Shown: positions 9,009 through 18,301 of the stretch, piece by piece | How positions within the stretch are numbered: position 1 is the stretch's first letter | Layout of the letters: each line of letters begins with the position of its first letter | From: a virus | Taxonomy: Duplodnaviria; Heunggongvirae; Uroviricota; Caudoviricetes | Direction: 5' to 3' (one strand) | DNA length: 20,981 nt | IMG/VR virus record: IMGVR_UViG_2529293049_000007 | Notes under the pieces: generated by a model | What the model saw: only the letters and a program-made list of their open reading frames with translations | The model's database searches: none | Told to the model about the DNA's origin: nothing | Program-made: the position numbers and the translations under genes

Positions 9009-9337
9009 CAGTTCACCACCTGTTTAAACTCTGCGCTGAACCCAACACGCAACATACTGACCTGCGACGACCATTTTGCGCAGGTCACCTTTATCTGCCT
9101 GTAACCATAAGGCGGCGTCCACAGAAAGGCCTTCCAGCCCCCGTGCTCAGCCAGAAACGACTCCAGCGCCATGGCCTCCTCACGGGAGACAGACAGCGTC
9201 ACGCTGTACGTTTTCAGGTCAGCGTTCAGCCCGGCAGGCGCACGCTGGGAATAGCCATCACCAAAGCGCACCTCCCTGACGGAAGGAGCCGATGTCACAT
9301 CCATCCCGGGTTTCACTTTCCAGCGGAAGGTTTTCAT
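9008..9337 (-). CDS. M: tail tip assembly protein M
   Basis: 109-aa ORF, same length as lambda gpM; ATGA overlap with the H stop. Confidence 0.9.
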   Translation of the reverse strand: MKTFRWKVKPGMDVTSAPSVREVRFGDGYSQRAPAGLNADLKTYSVTLSVSREEAMALESFLAEHGGWKAFLWTPPYGYRQIKVTCAKWSSQVSMLRVGFSAEFKQVVN

Positions 9338-11946
9338 CGTCCACCTCCGGAGAACAGTCCACCATCACGCATCTGTGTCTGAATTTCATCACGGGCACCC
9401 TTGCGGGCCATGTCATACACCGCCTTCAGAGCAGCCGGACCTATCTGCCCGTTCGTGCCGTCGTTGTTAATCACCACATGGTTATTCTGCTCAAACGTCC
9501 CGGACGCCTGCGACCGGCTGTCAGCCAGACTGCCCGGTGTACCGACATAACCACCGGTGGCATAGCCGCGCATCAGCCGGTAGAGATTCCCCACGCCAAT
9601 CCGGCTGGTTGCCTCCTTTGTGAAGACAAATTCACCACGGTGAACAATCCCCGCTGGCTCATATTTGCCGCCGGTTCCCGTAAATCCTCCGGTTGCAAAA
9701 TGGAATTTCGCCGCAGCGGCCTGAATGGCTGTACCGCCTGACGCGGATGCGCCGCCACCAACAGCCCCGCCAATGGCGCTGCCGATACTCCCGACAATCC
9801 CCACCATTGCCTGCTTAAGCAGAATTTCTGTCATCATGGACAGCACGGAACGGGTGAATCCCCGCCAGTTCTGTTCGCTGCCGGTCAGCATCGCCGCCAT
9901 ATTCTGTGCAATACCGTCAAAGGTCTGCGTGGCCACACTTTTAACCTGCGAAAAACTGTCCGTCGCACTTTCCGCCCACTCTCCCCAGCCGGACTTCATC
10001 CCGGCCATCCAGCTTCCACGAAGCTGCTCCTCCGCAGACCAGGTGTTCTTCAGTGCCGATGTGGCCTTCGCCAGCGCAGCCGGATTATCACCGTACACCT
10101 CACGAAGGCGCTGCTCTTCCGACTCCCGCTGCGCCTGACGGTCGGTGAGGCCGCGGGCTTTTGCGCTGATTGCCGCCTGCTTCGCGCTTTGCTGCTGTTC
10201 AAACCGCGCCGCCTGCTGTGCCAGCTCATTCAGCCGCTTCTGGTGTTCAATCTTGTCTCCCAGCTCAGCCAGCTGGCGTTTGTACTCCAGCGTCTCTTTC
10301 TCATGAGCCAGCAGGGATTTTTCCTGCTCAGATAACTGCCGTTTCGTGGCGGCCTCTTTCAGGACCACATACTGACTTTCCGCCTTCCATAAATCACGGC
10401 GCTGCCGGCTGATTTTCTCATTCGCACCGCTGTGTTTTTCCAGCGTCCTGAGCTCAGCTTCAAGGGCAAGCAGAGCCTCTCTTGCCTGCTCCTCTTCCCT
10501 CTCCCCGGCAGAGCGCGTTTTCGGTGATGTATGCTTTTTACCTGTCAGCTCTTCAGCCAGACGGCTGACGGCTTCCTGCTGCCCAGGACCTTTGCTGACG
10601 CCTGTTGCACGCGAGCGGTTGATGTACCCCATTTCCCCCTGGCGTATACGCGCATCCCGTTCCGCAATGGATTTTCTCAGCGCCAGTTCATCGCGTTTTG
10701 TTTTCTCAATAAATACGCGGTTCTCTTCTGCCAGTTCACCAAACAACGCACCAACGCCGGGCACATTCTTTGTCGTTTCCCAGGCTGACTGAATAAATTC
10801 AGCCAGCGCCAGATCCCCCTGCACAAGCAGCAGCTTCACCTGTTCAACGGTTCCGGCCACCACGTCAGTGATCAGACTGAGTGCCCCCAGTGTATGATCA
10901 CCTATCCATGCCCATGCGTCAGAAGTCCAAGTTTTAACATCGTCCCAGATTTTTTCCACCGGCGTGGCCGCTTTATCAAGTTGCTCCAGACGTGCATTCA
11001 TGACATCCGCAAACAGGGACATCGCCTCCGTCACCGCAGCCTGTTTACCTTTCGTGCGCTCAAGCTCATCAATATGGCGTAACTGGGAAACGCTCAGGAA
11101 GTTATACTGCTGATTCAGGGAGGCCAGCGCCTTCACCGGATCTGCTGCAATCCCTTCAAAGGCTTTTTCCACCTTCCCGGCATCGTCCCCCACCGTCTGC
11201 AGCCATCTCTGAGAGGTTTCCCCCATGATCCGTAGCTGCCCGGCGGTATATTTCCCGCTTTCTGCCTGACGGGCCAGATTTTCTGCCGCCTGTCTGATAC
11301 CACCACCGGCTTCATCGCTGATCACCCCGGCCATTTTCCACAATTCTGCCGTTGTGGTGGCAGCCGCCCCTCCGGTCAGGATCAGTGAACGCAATAAGGC
11401 CCGGTCAGCCTGCTCTGCCTGCCAGGCGGCGGCAGCAAGCGCGGCCAGTACGGCAACCCCGCCACCTGCCGCCACACGGGCCACCGACATAAATCGTCCC
11501 AGCTCACCGGCATTCCGGGCATTTTCAGCCAGTGCATTTGCCGTATCTGACAGCGACTCCTCTGATGATTCAGAGGCATCCCTGATCCCGAGAAGTTCCT
11601 CCTTCAGCAGGGTAAGCAGGCTGAGCGGTCCACCGAATGAATCGCTGATCTGCCCCCCCTGCTGCAGCATGATAAGGAAGGGATTCTGACCACCGGCAAG
11701 CTGAGTGACAATATCCGTGAACTGTGCGGGCAGTGTGCGCATGGCAGCCTTATACTGTCCGACTGATATCCCGGCTTTTTGTGCAGCCAGCGCCTGTCGG
11801 CTCAGCCCCTGTTCAACAGTACTGGCGGTTTTTCTGGCATCCGCCTCCAGACTGGAAAAATGACGGCGTACCCGGGCCATCTGTTCATCAAACCGGGCCG
11901 CATCCAGACTCAAATCAATAACCAGATCACCCGCTGGCTGGGACAT
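9334..11946 (-). CDS. H: tail tape measure protein H
   Basis: 870-aa ORF (lambda gpH is about 853 aa), largely alpha-helical and Ala/Gln/Glu-rich, with a Gly-rich C-terminal segment; start overlaps the end of the T frame. Confidence 0.95.
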   Translation of the reverse strand: MSQPAGDLVIDLSLDAARFDEQMARVRRHFSSLEADARKTASTVEQGLSRQALAAQKAGISVGQYKAAMRTLPAQFTDIVTQLAGGQNPFLIMLQQGGQISDSFGGPLSLLTLLKEELLGIRDASESSEESLSDTANALAENARNAGELGRFMSVARVAAGGGVAVLAALAAAAWQAEQADRALLRSLILTGGAAATTTAELWKMAGVISDEAGGGIRQAAENLARQAESGKYTAGQLRIMGETSQRWLQTVGDDAGKVEKAFEGIAADPVKALASLNQQYNFLSVSQLRHIDELERTKGKQAAVTEAMSLFADVMNARLEQLDKAATPVEKIWDDVKTWTSDAWAWIGDHTLGALSLITDVVAGTVEQVKLLLVQGDLALAEFIQSAWETTKNVPGVGALFGELAEENRVFIEKTKRDELALRKSIAERDARIRQGEMGYINRSRATGVSKGPGQQEAVSRLAEELTGKKHTSPKTRSAGEREEEQAREALLALEAELRTLEKHSGANEKISRQRRDLWKAESQYVVLKEAATKRQLSEQEKSLLAHEKETLEYKRQLAELGDKIEHQKRLNELAQQAARFEQQQSAKQAAISAKARGLTDRQAQRESEEQRLREVYGDNPAALAKATSALKNTWSAEEQLRGSWMAGMKSGWGEWAESATDSFSQVKSVATQTFDGIAQNMAAMLTGSEQNWRGFTRSVLSMMTEILLKQAMVGIVGSIGSAIGGAVGGGASASGGTAIQAAAAKFHFATGGFTGTGGKYEPAGIVHRGEFVFTKEATSRIGVGNLYRLMRGYATGGYVGTPGSLADSRSQASGTFEQNNHVVINNDGTNGQIGPAALKAVYDMARKGARDEIQTQMRDGGLFSGGGR

Positions 11947-12789
11947 ATCTCACACCTCCGGAAATCCCCGCTGAAGCCATCATTAATGCAACATCATCCT
12001 CGCTGACATCCACCACATCCGCAGAAGGTGAAATATCGCGCCCTCCGTCCCCTCTGAACCGGACGCCTCCGGCAACTCCTGTCGCTTTCTGCATCAGCAT
12101 TTCTTCCTCGTCCGGCATCTCCGTCTGCTCTTCCTCACACGCTGGAGCAAGCAGACTGAAATCCGCCGGATGCATATCCGGATCGCCAAAAAACAGGCTG
12201 AGTACGGCGTACATCAGCCCGGAAAAATGAGCGTCCAGTTGGGTATCCTGAAAATAATGCGTGCAGTAAAAACGTCGCCAGTCGGCATATTCGGTGGATG
12301 TCATCCCGGCAAGCATGGCGCGCCAGTCGGGTCTCCCCATCTCTCGCGCCAGTTTCAGGACAAAGTTCAGCTCGCCTTCGAATGCTTTTTTGATGTTACC
12401 GGCTCAGTCGCTTCTGCTTTCCCGGTTTGTTCAGGATCGGCATCGTGCCGGTTATCCAGCATACCTGAAAGATAAAGCACCCGGTTCGTTGCCTGATTCA
12501 GTGCATCAGCAGGCCATCCCAGCATCACTTCACGGCGGATCTGCTGCATCTCTGTCTCCGGAGAGGCCAGAGTGCCTTTGAGGGAATGGGTATGCCATAG
12601 CGACATCGCCACAAGCAGGGATGCCGTTTCCAGATATCGCTGGTTAATGTGCACGACATCATGCTTCGTTGTCTCCTGTTGTTCTGCGTCTGAAACAAAC
12701 TTTATATAATCAAACCGCTGCAGCGCAGACAATTCGGAAAGCGTGACGGACATACCGTTATATTCAAATTGTTCTGTTTTCAGAAACAT
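11927..12789 (-). CDS. T: tail assembly chaperone G-T fusion made by programmed -1 ribosomal frameshift
   Basis: T frame (stop at 11927) is -1 relative to G and open from the slippery site through to the H start; the T-specific part is 11927..12391. Confidence 0.8.
12367..12789 (-). CDS. G: tail assembly chaperone G
   Basis: 140-aa ORF, same length as lambda gpG, between V and the T frame; ends ..TSKKHSKAS. Confidence 0.9.
   Translation of the reverse strand: MFLKTEQFEYNGMSVTLSELSALQRFDYIKFVSDAEQQETTKHDVVHINQRYLETASLLVAMSLWHTHSLKGTLASPETEMQQIRREVMLGWPADALNQATNRVLYLSGMLDNRHDADPEQTGKAEATEPVTSKKHSKAS
12385..12391 (-). other. -1 frameshift slippery heptamer A AAA AAG for G-T
   Basis: Minus-strand AAAAAAG with zero-frame codons AAA-AAG, six codons before the G stop; in the correct X XXY YYZ register for the -1 T frame. 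Confidence 0.6.
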
Positions 12790-12802
12790 GTATTACCTCC
12801 GT

Positions 12803-13555
12803 TTACCCTGCAGCGCCCGCTTCAGTAACGGTGACTTCAGCCACTGCGGCGAACTGACCATTTCCGCTCACCACAGGGATCTGCACCTTACCTGTCGCCA
12901 CGCCGTTTACCGTAATTGTCATATCTTTCACACTAATGGTGGCTTTCGACGGATCGGCGGAAACCGCTCTGAACGTCTTGTCGGTTGCACTTTCCGGCTC
13001 AAAAGAAACCGTCAGGGTGGTTGTTTTCCCTTTTGCCACCGTACCGGATGCCGGCGTCACCTTAATCGCACTGACCGGCGTAATTTTGCTGCGTTCTTCC
13101 GCTACAGAAGGTTTACCCACGTTAGTGACTTTCACCGTGCGGGTGATCACTTCTTTCGCCGTCACGGCCTTACCGATACTGCTGACCCAGCCACGAAACA
13201 CATCCACCGTGCCATTCGGAAAACGGATTTTATAGGCCCGGACATCGCCGCTTTCAAACCAGCCTATAAGCCCTTTCTGGCCTTCCTCTCCCGGTTTCCA
13301 GGCCAGCGTAAAACTGGTATCACCTGCAGATTTCTGCCCCTGCCCGGTCGCGGTCCAGTCCGCGTCTTCATCATCCAGGTAGTTATCATCGTAGGATTCT
13401 GCCGTCATCTCGCCCGGCGTCAGATCCTTCACCTTAGCCAGTCGCTGCCAGTCATCGTCTGACAACGGGTTTGCATAAGCATCACCCTTGCCGTTGTAAA
13501 CCCACAGAGTGGTACCGGCACCTTTTACCGGCTCAAGGGGATTTGGTGTTGCCAT
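12803..13555 (-). CDS. V: major tail protein V with C-terminal Ig-like domain
   Basis: 250-aa ORF (lambda gpV is about 246 aa); C-terminal ~90 residues have a Big_2-like pattern ([28 protein letters not shown]...). Confidence 0.9.
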   Translation of the reverse strand: MATPNPLEPVKGAGTTLWVYNGKGDAYANPLSDDDWQRLAKVKDLTPGEMTAESYDDNYLDDEDADWTATGQGQKSAGDTSFTLAWKPGEEGQKGLIGWFESGDVRAYKIRFPNGTVDVFRGWVSSIGKAVTAKEVITRTVKVTNVGKPSVAEERSKITPVSAIKVTPASGTVAKGKTTTLTVSFEPESATDKTFRAVSADPSKATISVKDMTITVNGVATGKVQIPVVSGNGQFAAVAEVTVTEAGAAG

Positions 13556-13562
13556 ATCGTCC

Positions 13563-13958
13563 TCACATCTCGTATGTAATGGAATAAGTCAGATCTGCAG
13601 AGCTCCATAACGCCATATCGTCATCACGACGATACTCATAGCCCTGCGTAACCATCGTGGTAATCAGTCCTGCCAGTGCAGGGATCGCAGTCATCGCCGG
13701 ATAAATCCGGCTTTCCATCCACTGATCGAGCTCCGAATCAGGTACCTGTGCCGGTAAAAACACCTCAATATGCAGTGTGGCCCGCCAGGTATCTGCATCC
13801 AGCTCTTCACCGGTATACTCTGCATCCGTCAGATAAACCGCGATCGCAGGAAAATCCTCTTCGTCAAAAACAACGGGGCGACCATCAAACAGCGTCGCCC
13901 CGTGTTCATGCTGCTCGAGTGCATCCAGCACTGCGGCACGAATGTCAGTGTGTTTCAT
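13563..13958 (-). CDS. U: tail terminator protein U
   Basis: 131-aa ORF, same length as lambda gpU, between Z and V; start overlaps the Z stop. Confidence 0.9.
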   Translation of the reverse strand: MKHTDIRAAVLDALEQHEHGATLFDGRPVVFDEEDFPAIAVYLTDAEYTGEELDADTWRATLHIEVFLPAQVPDSELDQWMESRIYPAMTAIPALAGLITTMVTQGYEYRRDDDMALWSSADLTYSITYEM

Positions 13959-14530
13959 CGTTTTATCGCAATCCTCAGTTGTTGTTTCAGCGCGTATGCC
14001 AGTTCTTTAGGCAGGCGTTCACGCCGGATACGGTCAACATTCTCATCAAATGCCTGTTTCAGTGGGGCCGCCATCGGGATTTTCACCACCTGAATGGGAA
14101 GGCGATTACGCTTTTTCCTTCCCTTGTCGTCATTGCCCTCCTCATATCTGGCCTGGGGAAGACGTTGCATAACATGCCAGCGCCCATTATTTAATCGCTG
14201 GATAAATGCCCGCTGATAACGATGCTGACCGGCTTTGAGTATGCTGTTCGGACGACGCCCCAGCATTCTGATCCCCAGCTTAATCACAGGGAGATCACCG
14301 CGGTTAACGATAATTCTGGCATTCGGATTTCTGACCGTCGCCCGTTTCAGTCTGGACCGTTCCTTTACCAGTTTCCGTCTCACCCTGGTTTCCCGGGCAA
14401 CCTGTGACGAAGACTGATTAATCGCCGTTGTGGCCACGCGGTTAATGGTCATTGCAGAAGCAGCCGGAATGGCGTTTTTACGAACCCGGCTCAGATTGTC
14501 AATCGCCTGATCAAGCCCTTTTATCGCCAT
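13955..14530 (-). CDS. Z: tail completion protein Z
   Basis: 191-aa ORF (lambda gpZ is about 192 aa) in the lambda position between FII and U. Confidence 0.9.
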   Translation of the reverse strand: MAIKGLDQAIDNLSRVRKNAIPAASAMTINRVATTAINQSSSQVARETRVRRKLVKERSRLKRATVRNPNARIIVNRGDLPVIKLGIRMLGRRPNSILKAGQHRYQRAFIQRLNNGRWHVMQRLPQARYEEGNDDKGRKKRNRLPIQVVKIPMAAPLKQAFDENVDRIRRERLPKELAYALKQQLRIAIKR

Positions 14531-14544
14531 AATTCACCCTGCGT

Positions 14545-14898
14545 TTATCGTCGCCGGTTAACTGCGGGTGGTTGCCCACGGTTGAGCCAGAGATAACAGC
14601 TGCCCCCGTCATCCGGAGAAACACGATCCACCCAGAATGTCTCACCATTAATGGTCAGCGTGTCACCACGCCGCACGGCACGAACCGTATCCGTCCGCAC
14701 AAATAATGACGGGCTGCTTCCTTCAATACGGACCCCGCCACCGGCAAACCCCAGCGACTCCGGATCGTCAAAAACCCCCTGAACTTCGCTGCCACACTGT
14801 GCCCCCGAGGTGAACTGCGCACAGAGCCCCATCACTTCAACGATCGTACTGTCTACCCCGGCGAGGGCAGCATCAAAGGCATTCTGAAAATCACGCAT
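14545..14898 (-). CDS. FII: head-tail joining protein FII
   Basis: 117-aa ORF, same length as lambda gpFII; start overlaps the FI stop. Confidence 0.9.
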   Translation of the reverse strand: MRDFQNAFDAALAGVDSTIVEVMGLCAQFTSGAQCGSEVQGVFDDPESLGFAGGGVRIEGSSPSLFVRTDTVRAVRRGDTLTINGETFWVDRVSPDDGGSCYLWLNRGQPPAVNRRR

Positions 14899-15274
14899 AT
14901 TCAGCCGTTCCGTGCTGTATCATGGCCGTTGCCAGTGATGATGGCACCAGAACACGCATACCCCGTAACGCCAGCTCAACGGGACGACCTGTCTCCGGGC
15001 AATACCCCATTACTTGCAGGCACTTCCGTACCCGGACGGCTTTAACATCATCCGGAGCATCCGTGTTGTTCAACTGCTCACCATCGTCTGTGTGATTTTG
15101 ATCAGCCCCGCTCTCATCAGAGTGCATAATGCCCTCCGGGGAAACAGCAAGCTCCTCTTCCCACTCAGACACACGTTGCGCAATATCCGCAGCACTCCCC
15201 GACATATCCGCCTCGCGCCCCAGCAGGCCAGCAAGTTGACGAAGACGATTCAGATTTTCTTCTTTTGTTGCCAT
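14891..15274 (-). CDS. FI: DNA packaging protein FI
   Basis: ATG at 15274 preceded by AGGAGG, right after the terminator that follows E; 127 aa starting MATKEENLNRLRQL. The ORF-track start at 15322 lies inside the terminator hairpin and is unlikely. Confidence 0.85.
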   Translation of the reverse strand: MATKEENLNRLRQLAGLLGREADMSGSAADIAQRVSEWEEELAVSPEGIMHSDESGADQNHTDDGEQLNNTDAPDDVKAVRVRKCLQVMGYCPETGRPVELALRGMRVLVPSSLATAMIQHGTAEYA

Positions 15275-15287
15275 CTCAGCCTCCTGT

Positions 15288-15318
15288 GAAAAAAGACACG
15301 GGGGCATTTCGCCCCCGC
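15288..15318 (-). terminator. intrinsic terminator immediately after major capsid gene E
   Basis: Minus strand: CGGGGGC, 5-nt loop GAAAU, GCCCCCG (7-bp GC stem), then UGUC and UUUUUU; located between the E stop (15326) and the FI RBS. Confidence 0.6.
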
Positions 15319-15325
15319 TCACGGA

Positions 15326-16354
15326 TTATTTCACCTGCACCACCACAAACTCATCCGGATCCGGCAGCACCATCAGCGGTGCGGACTGCGTCATGGTGAA
15401 TTCACGGGCCGGATCGCCCACAGTCAGCCAGTGTTTCGGATAACGGGAAGAGGCCACCACACCTTCGGACAACGCCTGCGCATCCTGAATGGCACCATAG
15501 CAACGAATGCCCTCTGCTGCCGTATTCCCCAGGACCAGTGTGCCCACCGGCAGATAACGTTTTTCGGTACCGTCGTCTGCCACATAAGACGTTTTCGCCA
15601 CCACAATGGCCAGATCACCGTAATACCCTTTGAAAGACACCACCGCTCCCAGGTCTTTCACTGCCGTTTCGAGTTGTGAATTTGAGCCGCGACGGGTATC
15701 CAGTTTTTCGCGGAACAGCTTAAAGCCATTCAGCAGACGCCAGACCGTACCGTCCATAATGGCAATATTCACAAGACCGCTGGCCTGATCGCAGTAAAGG
15801 TCAATATCATGCGTCGGATCAAACGTATCACGGTCCTGCTCAGACCATTTTTTACCGTCGGCCTGCTCAATGTTATTTCCTTCAGAGCGTCCGAAATCCA
15901 CCTCGACCGTGTCAAACTGTTCCCCTTCCATGGTGTATTTGCCATACAGCACGGCATTCACCGCCTGCATTTCTTCCACCTGGACAATAGCGTGCTCTTC
16001 CTGTTTGAGGTTATCGGTAATGATACGCAGACGACGGTAGGCCGGGTCGTTCAGCTGAGCCGGATCTTCACCAGGAAGGCGCTCAACCGCCTGCTGGTAA
16101 TTAAATTCGTGTTTGGGCTTGACGTAGCCCGGACGTAACACGCGGGTTTCACCACCGCGATGGCGAAGCACTTTTCCTTCAACGATCGGGGAGACATAGG
16201 CCGCCACCGGCGTTTTTCCGGTAATTTTGTCCAGCATCACCTCTTCGGTGTGGAAATTCACCGTACGGCGGAAAAACAGCTCCAGAAATAGCGCACGGAA
16301 TTTAACTTTTTGTTCGGTATAACCGAGTAACTGGCGGGTCGTAAACAATCCCAT
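15326..16354 (-). CDS. E: major capsid protein E
   Basis: 342-aa ORF (lambda gpE is 341 aa) after D; AAGGAA RBS upstream of ATG 16354. Confidence 0.95.
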   Translation of the reverse strand: MGLFTTRQLLGYTEQKVKFRALFLELFFRRTVNFHTEEVMLDKITGKTPVAAYVSPIVEGKVLRHRGGETRVLRPGYVKPKHEFNYQQAVERLPGEDPAQLNDPAYRRLRIITDNLKQEEHAIVQVEEMQAVNAVLYGKYTMEGEQFDTVEVDFGRSEGNNIEQADGKKWSEQDRDTFDPTHDIDLYCDQASGLVNIAIMDGTVWRLLNGFKLFREKLDTRRGSNSQLETAVKDLGAVVSFKGYYGDLAIVVAKTSYVADDGTEKRYLPVGTLVLGNTAAEGIRCYGAIQDAQALSEGVVASSRYPKHWLTVGDPAREFTMTQSAPLMVLPDPDEFVVVQVK

Positions 16355-16383
16355 AAATCAGTTCCTTTCATTAAGAAATCAGT

Positions 16384-16403
16384 CAGGCCACCATGGTGGC
16401 CTG
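16384..16403 (-). other. perfect 20-bp palindromic hairpin between D and E
   Basis: CAGGCCAC-CATG-GTGGCCTG (8-bp stem, 4-nt loop) between the D stop (16412) and the E RBS; no U-tract follows, so probably not a terminator. Confidence 0.4.
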
Positions 16404-16411
16404 ATAACGTG

Positions 16412-16759
16412 TTACGGCAGAGCCGCGTGACTCAGGGCTGTGCCGGCAAAGGCATTTGCCTTTTTGTGTTCATCCACACTGTCAGGCCAGCGGATTGCCT
16501 CCGTCGCAAAGGTCCCCGACTTGTAATAGGTCAGCACCGTCTCTGTGCCTTCAAGCGGCAGTACCAGTATGCCAACCGCACTACCGGCTTTCTGTCCATC
16601 CCAGACCACCAGTTTCCCGGTGGCTTCATCCAGCATCAGGGGCGTCAGAGCCGGTGTTGCAGAAGAAATCCCGCTGCTGCCTGTGGCGGTATGAGCCGGA
16701 TCATTACCGGCAAAAATACGTACTTCCGCACGCTGTTCAGTGATGGTTTTCGTCACCAT
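16412..16759 (-). CDS. D: head decoration protein D
   Basis: 115-aa ORF (lambda gpD is 110 aa) with ..DPAHTATG...TPLMLD...AFAGTA.. recalling lambda gpD; lies between C and E. Confidence 0.9.
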   Translation of the reverse strand: MVTKTITEQRAEVRIFAGNDPAHTATGSSGISSATPALTPLMLDEATGKLVVWDGQKAGSAVGILVLPLEGTETVLTYYKSGTFATEAIRWPDSVDEHKKANAFAGTALSHAALP

Positions 16760-16795
16760 TTTGTTAAAACCTCATATTGATGGTCAGCACTGACT

Positions 16796-17398
16796 TCATG
16801 GCATGGCCATGAGCATTTTCACGTCCGCATCACCGTCTGCTGACGTCTGTGACACGCCACCCCGCACCGCTGCCGGTGAATGATTCGCCATGAAATGTTC
16901 AAACAGGGCGGTTGTGGATGCAGAGACCGGTTCGGCCTTACCTGATCCCGCAGCCAGCACAGCCCGGGCGTTCTCCACGGTCATTCCCGGGCAGGCCGCC
17001 AGTTTTTCAGCCTGCGCTTCTGCCCCTTTTGCCTCATCCAGGGCCATGATCTGATCACGAAGTGAGGGCCCGGCATCCGCCAGTGGTGCAGCCGCCAGGA
17101 TCGGGCGGGCTTTTTCCACCGTCATCTCCGGCATCGCCGCCAGCGTTGCCGCCAGTTGTTCACGACCGTTCGCTTCTTCACACGCCATAATGCGATCGGC
17201 TTCACTCTGCGCGGATGCCACCAGCTGCTGCGGTGCCGCCGCGGCCAGAATCGCCCGGGCCTGTTCAACGCTCATGCCCTGTTGCCCTGCCAGCATCGTG
17301 GCAAGCTGTTCACGTCCTTTCGCTTCCTGGCATGTCAGGATCCCCATCACTCGCTGGTTCTCCTGCACGGCGGCTTCCGTTGCAGTTAATTGCGGCAT
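16796..17398 (-). CDS. nu3: scaffolding protein Nu3, in-frame internal start within C
   Basis: ATG at 17398 (MPQLTATEAAV..) preceded by AGGAGG with a 5-nt spacer, in the C frame; yields 200 aa, close to the ~201 aa I recall for lambda Nu3. Confidence 0.6.
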   Translation of the reverse strand: MPQLTATEAAVQENQRVMGILTCQEAKGREQLATMLAGQQGMSVEQARAILAAAAPQQLVASAQSEADRIMACEEANGREQLAATLAAMPEMTVEKARPILAAAPLADAGPSLRDQIMALDEAKGAEAQAEKLAACPGMTVENARAVLAAGSGKAEPVSASTTALFEHFMANHSPAAVRGGVSQTSADGDADVKMLMAMP

Positions 17399-18301
17399 AG
17401 TGCCTCCTCTGACATTACTGTTCAGCGCCGTGGCCATCACACTGATGGCATCCGACGCATTGATTAATTCATCCGCCAGCCCGGCCTCAATGCCGGACTG
17501 ACCTTCAAAAACGGCGGCCTCTGTTCCCGTGACCGCATCCACAGACAACCCGGTATACATCGCCACTTTTTCGGCAAACATCCGGTGCGCCGCATCAACC
17601 CGCTGCTGCATGTCCTGACGCACCTCTGCCGGTAAGGCTTCAAACTGATTGCCATCCACCTTGTGCGCCCCGGCATAAATCAGCGTGATATCCACCCCGG
17701 CCTGCGCCAGATGACCGGCATAGCTGACATGGCTCATCATCACGCCAATGGAGCCGATACGGGATGTCTGGGTAACCAGTCGTCGGGAGCAGGCCGACGC
17801 CAGCAGCATGGCTGCAGAACAGGCCGTGTCATTGCACAGTGCCCAGACCGGCTTCTGCTGACGGAGGCGGTAAATCATGTCAGCACAGTCAAACGCACCG
17901 GCGGCCTGCCCGCCCGGACTGTCAATGTCCAGCAGTACGCCCCGCACCTGGCTATCCGCCATTGCCTGCTGAAGACAGGCGACAATGCCGTCATAGCCTG
18001 TCATTCCGGAAAATGGCCGCATACCCCCCAGCCGGTGCACCAGCGTGCCTGTCACCGGCAGTACAGCAATACCGTTCACCACCCGGTAAACACGGGCCGG
18101 TCGTTTACCTCCGGCCATGTACTCGTCCGTTTCAGCCAGCATTCCGGGTGCATCAAGCTGTACCTGCTGTTGTGGTACCGAAAGACTTGCTGCCCCCATC
18201 TCGCGCCCGAGCGCGCAAAAGAAAACCCGCGCATAGGCGGGCTCCAGAAGCAGCGGTTCATTGAATGCTGCTGCAATAATGTGTGAAAGATTACGTCTCA
18301 C
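16796..18301 (-). CDS. C: head maturation protease C (S49/ClpP-like) with C-terminal scaffold region
   Basis: 501-aa ORF starting at GTG 18301, overlapping the B stop; N-terminal AAFNEPLLLEPAYARVFFCAL and ..VLPVTGTL..MTGYDGI.. match my recollection of lambda gpC; C-terminal third is helical with internal repeats. Confidence 0.9.
   Translation of the reverse strand: MRRNLSHIIAAAFNEPLLLEPAYARVFFCALGREMGAASLSVPQQQVQLDAPGMLAETDEYMAGGKRPARVYRVVNGIAVLPVTGTLVHRLGGMRPFSGMTGYDGIVACLQQAMADSQVRGVLLDIDSPGGQAAGAFDCADMIYRLRQQKPVWALCNDTACSAAMLLASACSRRLVTQTSRIGSIGVMMSHVSYAGHLAQAGVDITLIYAGAHKVDGNQFEALPAEVRQDMQQRVDAAHRMFAEKVAMYTGLSVDAVTGTEAAVFEGQSGIEAGLADELINASDAISVMATALNSNVRGGTMPQLTATEAAVQENQRVMGILTCQEAKGREQLATMLAGQQGMSVEQARAILAAAAPQQLVASAQSEADRIMACEEANGREQLAATLAAMPEMTVEKARPILAAAPLADAGPSLRDQIMALDEAKGAEAQAEKLAACPGMTVENARAVLAAGSGKAEPVSASTTALFEHFMANHSPAAVRGGVSQTSADGDADVKMLMAMP

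Noticed and set aside
8226-9104. 292-aa plus-strand ORF
   Set aside because: Antisense to L and K, which are well supported on the minus strand; composition looks non-protein-like.
12417-12423. Lambda-type slippery heptamer GGGAAAG near the end of G
   Set aside because: Zero-frame codons are GGG-AAA, not the X XXY YYZ register, and the -1 frame has a TGA at 12404-12406 immediately downstream, so a shift here cannot reach T.
15322-15322. FI start at the ORF-track position (143 aa)
   Set aside because: That start falls inside the terminator hairpin and just after the E stop; the ATG at 15274 with AGGAGG is much better supported.
17218-17225. Chi octamer GCTGGTGG on the minus strand
   Set aside because: A single chi site inside a coding region is expected by chance in enterobacterial-type DNA; not distinctive.
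17663-18286. 207-aa plus-strand ORF (and a nested 141-aa one)
   Set aside because: Antisense to C; Arg/Pro/His-rich, no RBS or intergenic context.
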